From the IMG/VR virus record IMGVR_UViG_3300013006_000018: DNA of 64,000 nt; one strand, written 5' to 3'. This document shows, one piece after another, positions 27,795 through 37,138 of this stretch; the stretch's first letter is position 1, and every line of letters begins with the position of its first letter. A program made the translations under genes and the position numbers. The DNA is from a virus. A model generated the notes under the pieces. It did no database searches. It had not been told where the DNA came from and saw only the letters and a program-made list of their open reading frames with translations.

Positions 27795-28484
27795 CTAGTA
27801 CCGCTTGTGTTGTGTTAGGGTGTAAGAGAGCGAATCATTAAGTAGTTCCGCCCATTCAACTCTTTGGGTATTAGTTATTGCCTTGTAATTACAATGTACG
27901 ATAAGATGTATTCTTAGTTCGCTACTACCATTATAAACAATATGCTCATTACTAGTATCCAGCATAAACGCCTGTCCAGTACTAAGCGGAACATAACCAT
28001 AACCTTTCATTTTAAAGATACAGTTTTTAGGGTTATTGAGAGCTATATTAATAGGCGCTAAAGTTTTTTTAGGCATATCAACGTGTGGTTCTATATATCC
28101 TCCAGGCTCAAGAAGCATATATCTGACTCTAAAGAAACCGGTACCAAAAAAGGTCTTTTTTAAGAAATTTACTGCTATAGGGCACTTATTTGAAATGTCA
28201 GTAAACTGATATGGTACTTTATCTTGATCTAAATTTTTATACTCGTCATAATGCGTATAGTCGTATATATGGCTCGATGTTATGCCATGAATACATAGTG
28301 ACTTCCACCCCTTGCTATTTGTTTCACGGTATTCGGTAAAATGTTCTTTGAGCTTAATTGCCTCTTCATACATCTGCTCTGCGGGTACATCAATATTAAG
28401 CTTTATCCATGGTAAACAGCTTTCTAACAAAAACCATTCTACGTCCGGCTCTTGAAATATAAACTGTTTAATTTTGCTCGTCAT
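27795..28484 (-). CDS. Aspartyl/asparaginyl beta-hydroxylase-like 2OG oxygenase
   Basis: GWKSLCIHG, RVRYMLLEPGGYIEPHVD, HIVYN...RIHLIVH. Confidence 0.82.
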   Translation of the reverse strand: MTSKIKQFIFQEPDVEWFLLESCLPWIKLNIDVPAEQMYEEAIKLKEHFTEYRETNSKGWKSLCIHGITSSHIYDYTHYDEYKNLDQDKVPYQFTDISNKCPIAVNFLKKTFFGTGFFRVRYMLLEPGGYIEPHVDMPKKTLAPINIALNNPKNCIFKMKGYGYVPLSTGQAFMLDTSNEHIVYNGSSELRIHLIVHCNYKAITNTQRVEWAELLNDSLSYTLTQHKRY

Positions 28485-28529
28485 TCTATATATATTAATT
28501 GAAGTGAGATATAATTCAAATTGTATGCA

Positions 28530-29192
28530 ATGAAAATTAACAGTGTCTACAACAATAGTATCTCATCATTTATTGGCCTGAATTGCCAAGATGATAAAAT
28601 TATATCTGTAAAAAAATATTTTATTGTAAACAAAGATTTATTTTTGAATTTTGCGCTACAGGCATTTAAACTAAACTTAACGTTAGATAATATTGATCAC
28701 AGCAAAGAGGTCGGTATTAAGAATGGTGGTTGTATTTGCTTTAAGCATACAAAACAAAAAGATTATCAAGCTATCTATTATAAAGAAGCTTCAAAACAAT
28801 ACAAACCTTATGAAGATTATCATTTAAATGCTTTTGAAAAGGCAGATAATTTGTTGTTTTTTAAGAAATATTTTTATACAAAAAATCGGCAATTCATCAA
28901 TAAAGCAATGACCGAATATGGTATTAAGCATAAGAACTTTGATGCTCTTGAAGTATGCACAGGCACTAGCTATAGAAATAGACAGCAAAGTATGAAGATG
29001 GCTATCATAGACGAAAAAACTAACTTTAAAAAAGTATCAGTTTTTAGTAAGCCATTTAAAAACATAAATATACCTAATAGGATATATATAGCTTATGGAA
29101 AAGATCGGTATAATAATACAGAGAGTCATTACTTTACGAATGGGCTAACTTGGCAGCTGCCTGCAGCATTAATATATGATGAAATTATTTAA
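28530..29192 (+). CDS. Hypothetical protein (paralog of 32843..33601)
   Basis: Shared IGLN..I.SxKxYF, KxYxYxKN and D.[LI]E motifs. Confidence 0.6.
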   Translation: MKINSVYNNSISSFIGLNCQDDKIISVKKYFIVNKDLFLNFALQAFKLNLTLDNIDHSKEVGIKNGGCICFKHTKQKDYQAIYYKEASKQYKPYEDYHLNAFEKADNLLFFKKYFYTKNRQFINKAMTEYGIKHKNFDALEVCTGTSYRNRQQSMKMAIIDEKTNFKKVSVFSKPFKNINIPNRIYIAYGKDRYNNTESHYFTNGLTWQLPAALIYDEII

Positions 29193-29763
29193 ACAGCTTA
29201 AAGATTATCCGGAATTTGATCCATTTCTAAAGAATCTCAATTCAATTGCAGCTGAATATGAAACTTTTATAAAGAGTAATGTGTTTTCAATAACACACGA
29301 AAAGACGATTGAATGGATTAAACAACAAGAGAATAATGAGCAATACTATTCCGGGGGTGGTAATGCAAAAGATTGGGCGGTGCTGCCGCTCTACAAGGAC
29401 ATAATTTGTTACCCTAACGAATTCCCGATTACTAATAATCTAATCAGGCGATGTAAGAAGGTAAACTTTGCGGGTTTTTTCTGTCTAAAAGCAATGCAAA
29501 GTATCCCTTACCATAAGCACAATACTAGAACAGTAATTATGCATGTAAATTTATTTCTACTTTCGGGAGGTAAAGCTTATACCTATTTAGATGAAAGTAT
29601 TAATGGTGATCCAAATACTACGGATAATTATAGTACCTATTATGAAAGACGATCCATGGATATCTCAGGAGATCATATAATTTTTGAACCATCACTGTAT
29701 CATAGTGCTAAAAATAGATCAAAAACAGATAGAATTACTTTTGGTATTGAAATAAAAAGATAG
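29176..29763 (+). CDS. Aspartyl/asparaginyl beta-hydroxylase-like cupin
   Basis: W.VLPLY, IPYHKH, IFE..LYHSAKN.S..DRI. Confidence 0.75.
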   Translation: MMKLFKQLKDYPEFDPFLKNLNSIAAEYETFIKSNVFSITHEKTIEWIKQQENNEQYYSGGGNAKDWAVLPLYKDIICYPNEFPITNNLIRRCKKVNFAGFFCLKAMQSIPYHKHNTRTVIMHVNLFLLSGGKAYTYLDESINGDPNTTDNYSTYYERRSMDISGDHIIFEPSLYHSAKNRSKTDRITFGIEIKR

Positions 29764-30481
29764 CTGGCAAAGCAATGTGTGCATCGGTCTTCGCTATTTG
29801 AGGTATCATTTTACCATAATCCGATAGTGTAGAGTCTTCATAATATAAATAATTTTTAGCGTATTTTTTATTGTTAATTTCTAGATATTGCTCACCGTTT
29901 ACCTTTTTGTATATTAATTGAAATCCCGATTTTTGAAAGTTTTTAACAGTATCGTGCGGCGATTCCAAGTACATACCTATATCACTAACAAATGCGTCCC
30001 ATTGTTTTTTATTGTAATCCTCCTGTAAGAACCAATCAATAATTAAGACATGGCCACCCGGTTTTAAGATACGGGATAGTTCGCTTAATAATTTTTTTCT
30101 ATCGTATGAATGGGAGTATGACTCTGAGAAGAGAATTATGTCCGCCGAACTATTGCCTAGCTCTGTATCATGATAATCTTTGTTTAATAGAGTGACATTC
30201 AGTAGGTTATTATTTTTTTTAATAAAGTCGAGATGCCTCTTATCTGAGTTTACTAAAGTAAAATTAATCTTTGTGTATTTTTTGGCAAATTCTAATGTCG
30301 GTTTACCTATCCCGCAGCCAAAATCATAGAAGGTGGTATCTTTATTTTTAAGATGAAGAGCTTTTTCAATAAAACTATTACATTGCTGATATGTCTTTTC
30401 AAATTTATAGCCCTGTAATCTGCCTCCCGAATTAACCAGACCAGGCCATAGGGGTGTAAATTTTTGGTAAAACTTCTCCAT
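29735..30481 (-). CDS. Class I SAM-dependent methyltransferase
   Basis: YDFGCGIG, FSESYSH, RILKPGG. Confidence 0.85.
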   Translation of the reverse strand: MEKFYQKFTPLWPGLVNSGGRLQGYKFEKTYQQCNSFIEKALHLKNKDTTFYDFGCGIGKPTLEFAKKYTKINFTLVNSDKRHLDFIKKNNNLLNVTLLNKDYHDTELGNSSADIILFSESYSHSYDRKKLLSELSRILKPGGHVLIIDWFLQEDYNKKQWDAFVSDIGMYLESPHDTVKNFQKSGFQLIYKKVNGEQYLEINNKKYAKNYLYYEDSTLSDYGKMIPQIAKTDAHIALPAIFLFQYQK

Positions 30482-30552
30482 AGCCTTAAAATGTGAGCTA
30501 GTATTAATAGGAATTATATTTAACTCAAAACTATATTGTGCAATATGGCATC

Positions 30553-30768
30553 TTACAGGTTAGTCGTACCCAAGAGATCCTTAAACATTATAATATAATA
30601 ATTTTTAATGTTAGTTACCTCACAAGGTGTGCATACCCCGAGAGTTTCTACGAAACTTACTCTCTTTTTATATTCTTTACGGAGTTTTATACAATTCTTT
30701 ATTTCAACAGGGCACGGCAAGTCAAAATTAAAGAAATTTTCTGCTATTTTATAAACATTATTCACCAT
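30553..30768 (-). CDS. 4-Cys miniprotein B
   Basis: PCP-x5-C...GVCTPC; paralog of 23157..23378. Confidence 0.65.
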   Translation of the reverse strand: MVNNVYKIAENFFNFDLPCPVEIKNCIKLRKEYKKRVSFVETLGVCTPCEVTNIKNYYIIMFKDLLGTTNL

Positions 30769-31555
30769 AGAATTGCTTGGCTTCTAAGAAGTATTTATTA
30801 TAAAGATTGTTAAGCTTAGCTTTTAAAAAATCTGACAAAAAGTTGTTTACATAACTAGAGAAATACAGCTTATTTTCGGTAAAGCTATATTTCTCGAGAC
30901 CTATAAAATGAATTATCTTAGCAATATCTATATTTTCTAGAGTTAGTAAATCTGTAGTAAGATTGTAGGGTTGTGGTAGGAAGTTTATATGGTCTTTAAA
31001 GCAAAGATTTAATGGTTCTTGATTGCCGTTAAACTTTTTCTTCTTACAAAGCTTTAATAAGGTATTAGCATATTTAGCTCTTAAAAATTCGTTTGGAATA
31101 AGCATGACACCTGCATTGAAACCTTCAAACTTATCATCAAAATAGTACTTATTTGTAATTTTATTCAAACTGCAGGCACTAAATTTGTCTGTATGAAAGA
31201 TGTCCATTAGGTTTGATGTAACAAGAATATCTGTATCTAGATAGAGTATATTCTTATATTTGTTGAGCTTAAAGATTTCAAATCTATAAGCAGGTGATAA
31301 CTTCCAGTCTCGTTGATCTGTAAATGTAATATCTGCATACTTCTTAACATTTATTTCATGTATAAAAATGGCCTTAAACTTAAATTTTTCAAGTATTGGG
31401 TAAAATAAGCTCTCGTCACCAGGGGGACAAAATAAGTTTATGTCTAGAGTTGAGACATCGTTATTAACACTCAAGCTGTATAACGCTATTTTTAATAGAT
31501 CGAGATAGTAATTTGAATTGACTACAAATACTAAAGAAGAATCATTTTTTTTCAC
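30758..31555 (-). CDS. Glycosyltransferase family 8
   Basis: ILYLDTDILV, FNAGVML, Q..LN, YN, IIHFIG. Confidence 0.85.
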   Translation of the reverse strand: MKKNDSSLVFVVNSNYYLDLLKIALYSLSVNNDVSTLDINLFCPPGDESLFYPILEKFKFKAIFIHEINVKKYADITFTDQRDWKLSPAYRFEIFKLNKYKNILYLDTDILVTSNLMDIFHTDKFSACSLNKITNKYYFDDKFEGFNAGVMLIPNEFLRAKYANTLLKLCKKKKFNGNQEPLNLCFKDHINFLPQPYNLTTDLLTLENIDIAKIIHFIGLEKYSFTENKLYFSSYVNNFLSDFLKAKLNNLYNKYFLEAKQFYGE

Positions 31556-32828
31556 AGGAAAATCCCTTCTTTTCTAGCCAATATGGAAAGCTATATTTTT
31601 TAAGAGTGTTAGTCAAGCAAAATTTATACTCTTTATTTTTTATATTTGACGATAACCATAGGAACTCCTGGACAAGGTCTTTATCTAAAAACGGGTAACG
31701 TGTTTCAATACCAAATGACCCTAATATTTTTTCGTCTTTTTCGAGGTATTTCTGCATAGTACCACCGTAAAAGTTTTTCCAAGGGAAAACAGTAGATAGG
31801 TCTTCAGGATATAACCCACCAAAACAGCTATTGTTAGTAAATTTTTCACCATTAAAGCCGTAATCAGAGTATATCTCATCCCCGCCGGTGCCTGATAAGA
31901 AGATCTTTACACTCTTTTCATTACAATATCTGCCTATGTATGATAAACAACATGACGAAGAGTCTTGAAAGTAGTCATAATCTAGGTATGGCTTGGGTTC
32001 AGAATTTGTAATTAATTTTTTTAGAGCTAATGCTTTGCTGAATGTATCGAAGGTATAAAAGAAGATTTTTTTTCTTAAAAAGGTTGCTCTATCAATACAT
32101 ACTTGCTTGTTTTCGTTATTAAGGATTGAAATATAATTAGCAAACTTACTCTTATAGGTGTGTAGTGCGAGTATGCCGCTATCTATCCCGCTTGACACCC
32201 CAATACAGAATTTTTGAGATGGCACACGCTTGTTGATGGCTCTAGTTAAAGCTTTATTAAATGACTGTAGGTTGCCCTTCTTTTGCTGGGTGCAAAATTT
32301 ATGAATATCTTTCTTAATAGTGAGCGTCCGACTTTTTATGTCGTATCTGTATAGGGTGTTCGGGAGTACACTCTTTGCATTTCCCGTAACCCCTAAGAGC
32401 CCGCTTCGAAGTGATGAAACCAATAGCTTACTACCATCTGTCGAGTAATAGAGCGGCTTGGTACCAAAGATATCCTTAAAAAAATATACTGTACCAATGC
32501 TCTTATCATATATTAACATGGCATACTCACCGTCCAATACGCTATGTATATTGTGTATGTTTTTATAGAATGTCGGTATGGATAAAGTATCGTTTTTAAA
32601 GGTTCTAGGGTAATTGTATATTTCACCATTAAACAGTATGACTAGATTGTCCTTCTCAAGCGGTTGTACGGTCTTAGAACCTGTTATATGCAGTAGATTA
32701 TGTGCGGCACAGTATGTATCTGCTTGAATATAATTTGTATTGTCGGGGCCCCTTTTCCCGAGAAAGGTATTGTTTCTTTTAAATAGTATTATATTCTTAG
32801 GGTCAGTTGAAAACGAAAAACTGCACAT
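31542..32828 (-). CDS. asnB: Asparagine synthetase B-like glutamine amidotransferase
   Basis: N-terminal Cys2, RGPD, FNGEIYN, D.FG.KPLYY, SSGIDS, SGTGGDE, ETRYPFLD. Confidence 0.85.
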   Translation of the reverse strand: MCSFSFSTDPKNIILFKRNNTFLGKRGPDNTNYIQADTYCAAHNLLHITGSKTVQPLEKDNLVILFNGEIYNYPRTFKNDTLSIPTFYKNIHNIHSVLDGEYAMLIYDKSIGTVYFFKDIFGTKPLYYSTDGSKLLVSSLRSGLLGVTGNAKSVLPNTLYRYDIKSRTLTIKKDIHKFCTQQKKGNLQSFNKALTRAINKRVPSQKFCIGVSSGIDSGILALHTYKSKFANYISILNNENKQVCIDRATFLRKKIFFYTFDTFSKALALKKLITNSEPKPYLDYDYFQDSSSCCLSYIGRYCNEKSVKIFLSGTGGDEIYSDYGFNGEKFTNNSCFGGLYPEDLSTVFPWKNFYGGTMQKYLEKDEKILGSFGIETRYPFLDKDLVQEFLWLSSNIKNKEYKFCLTNTLKKYSFPYWLEKKGFSCEKK

Positions 32829-32842
32829 AATATTATATTATA

Positions 32843-33601
32843 ATGTTCAATGATTTTTTATACGACGAAGTCGTCAATAGCTTTATAGTAAACTATAGGA
32901 ATATAGATGCAAATAATAAGTTCTGTCGAGGCAATATAATTGGACTGAATGTAAATGCCTTAGGAAATATCCTTTCCAAGAAATTTTATTTTTCTACATC
33001 CTTTGTCTTAAACAAAGATCAAATTTTAAAATTTTTACCTACAGAGGAAGATTTAATTGATGTTTATAAATTTACTGACTTTTCTGATAATGCTTTGTGT
33101 AGGAGAGGGGTTACTTTTGCTATTAAAAAGACGGGTAAGGAGTTGGTAAGACAGTTCCACTTCAAGGTATCACCCCAACACTACCAACAACCGGCTTTTA
33201 ATAAATACAAAACAGTATTTCTACCGAAAGATATTTTCGATGGGTCAGAGGTATATGGTATTTCATATGAATATAAAGGCTCGTCGAAACATCAGAAAAA
33301 TTACGTCTACTTTAAGAATAATAAAGCAAAGGAATATTTTAGTAACGCTTTAAACTCTATCATTAACTGCGATACGATAGAGTTTACTCAATCTGCAAAT
33401 AGTCAAAAAATTATATTGTTAAATTCAAGTCAAAAAGGGTATGAAAGATATTTTCCAAAACTTTCCAGTAATTTAGTTTATAAGAATTTTGGCTTGTATC
33501 TTAAAGAAGAGCAGTATTCAGGTTATATATATCCCAAAGATTATATTCAGTTAGAACAGACAGGCGAAATTGACACACTATCGGTATTAAATGAAGAATA
33601 A
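32843..33601 (+). CDS. Hypothetical protein (paralog of 28530..29192)
   Basis: IIGLNV..ILSKKFYF, KNYVYFKN, DTIEF. Confidence 0.6.
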   Translation: MFNDFLYDEVVNSFIVNYRNIDANNKFCRGNIIGLNVNALGNILSKKFYFSTSFVLNKDQILKFLPTEEDLIDVYKFTDFSDNALCRRGVTFAIKKTGKELVRQFHFKVSPQHYQQPAFNKYKTVFLPKDIFDGSEVYGISYEYKGSSKHQKNYVYFKNNKAKEYFSNALNSIINCDTIEFTQSANSQKIILLNSSQKGYERYFPKLSSNLVYKNFGLYLKEEQYSGYIYPKDYIQLEQTGEIDTLSVLNEE

Positions 33602-34364
33602 CACACATCTTGCTAATATTAAAAGTTACTATAATCGATCTACACAAGCTTGGATAGATTCCTACAGAAGAACACAGTCATATCGCTTCCATCAATTCCT
33701 AGAAGAGCACGATAATATATTAAAATCTAAAATCTTTAAACAAGGCACCGTTTATTTGGATGCGGGATGTGGAGATTTTTCATTTTCAATTAAAATGGCA
33801 AAGCAGAATAAAAAATTACAAATGCATGGGGTAACTATTAGTGATGTACAGATTAAATTAGCTAAATCAAAGTGCCCGAGCAATAGTTTTATTAGTCTAC
33901 AGAATTTTGAACAAATGAATTTTCCGGATAATACTTTTGACGGTTGTTATTTTTTAGAAAGTTTCTCTCATTCCCACAATAAAGATAAAGTTTGTAAGGA
34001 AATAAGAAGAGTAGTAAAGCCGGGTGGTCGTCTGTATGTTTTAGATTTGAATATTAAAGATAAAGTCCGAAAAGATAAAACATACTGGGGTTGGTATAAC
34101 ATTTTTTACTACCTGCCGATAAGCTACCATCAAAGCTTAAAACTATTTAAACGTTACTTTACAATTCAAGGGTCTTCTACAAATTTAAGAAACTATAGAA
34201 AGGATTTATACCAAAAATTAAGACCAACTGTCAATTTCAACAATTGTGAATGCACATATACCGATAATAAGAGCATAACGGACTATGGCATACATCATAG
34301 TAACCAATCAAAATTCAACTTGCCTGTGGTTTGGTCTGAATTTATCATGGTAAATAATAAATGA
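33591..34364 (+). CDS. Class I SAM-dependent methyltransferase (paralog of 29735..30481)
   Basis: LDAGCG, GVTIS..Q, FLESFSH, RVVKPGG; shared C-terminal [ST]DYG. Confidence 0.85.
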   Translation: MKNNTHLANIKSYYNRSTQAWIDSYRRTQSYRFHQFLEEHDNILKSKIFKQGTVYLDAGCGDFSFSIKMAKQNKKLQMHGVTISDVQIKLAKSKCPSNSFISLQNFEQMNFPDNTFDGCYFLESFSHSHNKDKVCKEIRRVVKPGGRLYVLDLNIKDKVRKDKTYWGWYNIFYYLPISYHQSLKLFKRYFTIQGSSTNLRNYRKDLYQKLRPTVNFNNCECTYTDNKSITDYGIHHSNQSKFNLPVVWSEFIMVNNK

Positions 34365-35317
34365 TATACTTTCCGACAGAGAATATACTACCGAATTATA
34401 AAGATTACCCTACACTCTACAACCACTACAGTACTTTTAAAGGAAAAGATGTATACTCGTCATACGTGTATTGGATACTCAAAAACAACAATATAGACAA
34501 CATAGAGTTAGTAGGTAGTTTAGATAAAACTACAGAGGGCGACTTAATCTTTTTTCATTTCGATAATCTCAAAGCTTTTAATTTTAATACTTCTGCCAAG
34601 AAAGTGCAGTTTATTTCTGATAGACCATTAGTTAGTGGATGTTCTAAGTATTTGTCATCAGATATAACTGTATGTAATGAATACCCAGGGTTCGCGGGCG
34701 AGTTGCCGCCGTCCTTTATTATAGATAAAAGATATTCTGTAGAAATAAATTTCTTTCCTGAACCTTTACCCTGCAATCTAAGAAAATGTAAAGTACAATA
34801 CCCACCCAAGAAAGCTGTCTGCATGGGGTTGTATGATAATATCGATAAAGAACTATTAAAACTCGTTGAAGAGAAGAAGGATCTATTATTACTATATAAA
34901 AATACACGTAAACTGAGCAAAGACAAATTTAATATTCTCAATAGTATTAGTTTCGAGCTTTATAATGAATCTAATGCCAATAAGGGCGATGAAGATATCT
35001 TCTTTTTTATACGAAACAGGGAAAGCGGGTATAACTATGCGGGGTATAAGCACCCAAATAGACTTTTTATATCATTTCACTGTAACGTACCAGGTTTTTA
35101 TTATGGGGAGACTGTATTGAGAGCTAACCGTAAATCACGATTTGATTATACAGAGATAAGTGATGTATATGATTTTCTCGATAAACTCTTAGTATATTGT
35201 ACAGACGAAGAAGTGTTTTTAAGTATCTTAAAGCAAAATAAATTAAGAGAAAACGATAATACTGAAGCGATTTTAGTCGCTAGATTCAACCAAGTTATCC
35301 AACAATTAAAAAGCTAG
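34361..35317 (+). CDS. Hypothetical protein, possibly glycosyltransferase-like
   Basis: KHPNRLF..FHCNVPG resembles GT-B C-terminal motifs; genomic context. Confidence 0.4.
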   Translation: MIYFPTENILPNYKDYPTLYNHYSTFKGKDVYSSYVYWILKNNNIDNIELVGSLDKTTEGDLIFFHFDNLKAFNFNTSAKKVQFISDRPLVSGCSKYLSSDITVCNEYPGFAGELPPSFIIDKRYSVEINFFPEPLPCNLRKCKVQYPPKKAVCMGLYDNIDKELLKLVEEKKDLLLLYKNTRKLSKDKFNILNSISFELYNESNANKGDEDIFFFIRNRESGYNYAGYKHPNRLFISFHCNVPGFYYGETVLRANRKSRFDYTEISDVYDFLDKLLVYCTDEEVFLSILKQNKLRENDNTEAILVARFNQVIQQLKS

Positions 35318-36557
35318 AGAGTTGTTCCAGTACTTCTTCTTTAGAGACAGGTGTGGGCCACTGTTTTATTGCTTCGAACACCACCGTATCTGAATCATCT
35401 TTCAAGCAAATGGTCTCGTCTTCTATTGTTGCTGAATACCCTGTGATAGTATCAACTAGTTTACCTGACTCTTCCCTTTCAAAAATTAAATGGTTTATAG
35501 CATACGCATTTGTATTAATATAGATGTTAAATGGCTCAAAGTTGACCTGTTGTGCAATACAATCTTTTGTCGGTATAGATAAAATCTCTATTGTATCGGT
35601 GTTGATCTTTATGCCTACTATTTTGACTTCGACCTCACTACTAGCCTTATTAATGATATTATATTTGTAGAATGTAGCTATAGAATTAATGAGGCTGTTA
35701 TAGTAAGTAAGGAAGGCTTCTTTGTTGTATATAATACTGCCTTTATAGTTCGAAATGTTATTTACTATTGTATCGTCTGTGAGGATCCATTCAGGAGCAG
35801 GTAAGAGACTCTTAGGCCAACTACATAACATATCTAAAGGTATCAGATAATTCTTGATATCGATTTCATCATACTCTTTTTTTGCTGTATCTTCAAGTTC
35901 TGCTAATGTTTTTAAAGACTCAGCTGAGAATGGACAACCTTTAATGACTCTTTTCTGTAAGACCTTCTTCTCTTGATCGAATTCAGAGAAAAGATATTTA
36001 AAATGCTTGGTTATTTCTTTATTGTAGTTAAGGAATGCTGATTTTAACGCAGACTTTTTAGGTGACAAAGCTTCAATAGTAGTTATTTTTAGTATATCAC
36101 AACCAGGTTTTACTTTTTCAAGAAAAACGACTTTGGGTGTCAGGATTGTAGAGTCTTTATCCGACACAATATTATATTTCTTAAGATCTAATATTGTCCT
36201 CTTTTGAATTTTCTGGAAAGGAAAGTTTTTAATATGTGACTCATACTTTTCATTAAAGAGAAAGGCAGGAGAAAACTCAAACGGCAGTTCAGGAATTGAA
36301 ATACAATCGAACTTTGTGAGGTTAACAGTCGTTTTCTTACCTAACCTACAATCAAACGTTTCAAATTCTGTTTCTAAGCTTGTATTGAAACATAAATCCC
36401 GTGTTTCAACATCCGGGTACATACTCTTAATGGTTTTAATATTATTTGTAAAGAACGACCAAAACAAAAAGTTATCATCCTGATCATAGACACACTTGAT
36501 AATGACTTTTTCTAAAATCCTAGTATAGACTGTATCTAAAGAAGTCTTAGGGTCCAT
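35295..36557 (-). CDS. Hypothetical protein downstream of tail fibre (possible fibre-assembly-like segment)
   Basis: DMLCSWPKSLLPAP-type motif; position. Confidence 0.4.
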   Translation of the reverse strand: MDPKTSLDTVYTRILEKVIIKCVYDQDDNFLFWSFFTNNIKTIKSMYPDVETRDLCFNTSLETEFETFDCRLGKKTTVNLTKFDCISIPELPFEFSPAFLFNEKYESHIKNFPFQKIQKRTILDLKKYNIVSDKDSTILTPKVVFLEKVKPGCDILKITTIEALSPKKSALKSAFLNYNKEITKHFKYLFSEFDQEKKVLQKRVIKGCPFSAESLKTLAELEDTAKKEYDEIDIKNYLIPLDMLCSWPKSLLPAPEWILTDDTIVNNISNYKGSIIYNKEAFLTYYNSLINSIATFYKYNIINKASSEVEVKIVGIKINTDTIEILSIPTKDCIAQQVNFEPFNIYINTNAYAINHLIFEREESGKLVDTITGYSATIEDETICLKDDSDTVVFEAIKQWPTPVSKEEVLEQLSSFLIVG

Positions 36558-36593
36558 AATATTATATATTCAATGAACCAGGCGTTTTCAACG

Positions 36594-37130
36594 TCAAGGA
36601 TAGCTGATTGTTCTGCCAATTTCTAGATTTGTACCACAGTTTTGGGAGTCTCTTACATAAAAAGTGTTGTTACCTCTTGTTACATTAAAGACAGCCTGGG
36701 CACTAGCATCCGTTACATACCATGTACCGCCAAAGTAGATAGTATAAGGCGCACCTGCATCACTACCACTGCATGTTATGCGTATTTGACCTGCATTACC
36801 TGGATTATCACCTGTAAAAATTACGGTACCTGCGAGGGTAGGTAGATTATTATATGCTGCGTAAAATTCACTGAAACGAGTAGGGCGCCATCTTACACCA
36901 GGGCCTGTATATGTCCATGAGACCGCTGCAGTACCTGCAGGCCGGGGGGTATTACTCATCTCTACTTGATTAGGCATGCAAACACCTGCTGATGCAGCAT
37001 TAGCAGAGTTTCCCCCACCTCCCATATACTGTAGTTCTCTTTGATCTAGAGATGTCGGTATTGTACCTAAGCTCTTAAGGGTGTTTATCTGGGAAACTGA
37101 TAGAGCGCCGGAGGATTGCAGTCTGGCCAT
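36594..37130 (-). CDS. Tail-fibre tip/adhesin-like protein
   Basis: N-terminal MARLQSSGALSVSQIN and RFSEFY motifs typical of genes following S74-chaperone fibres. Confidence 0.6.
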   Translation of the reverse strand: MARLQSSGALSVSQINTLKSLGTIPTSLDQRELQYMGGGGNSANAASAGVCMPNQVEMSNTPRPAGTAAVSWTYTGPGVRWRPTRFSEFYAAYNNLPTLAGTVIFTGDNPGNAGQIRITCSGSDAGAPYTIYFGGTWYVTDASAQAVFNVTRGNNTFYVRDSQNCGTNLEIGRTISYP

Positions 37131-37138
37131 ACAATACT

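Noticed and set aside
31542-32828. Lasso-peptide cyclase
   Set aside because: Retains the N-terminal Cys glutaminase domain; no transglutaminase-like B protein or lasso precursor seen
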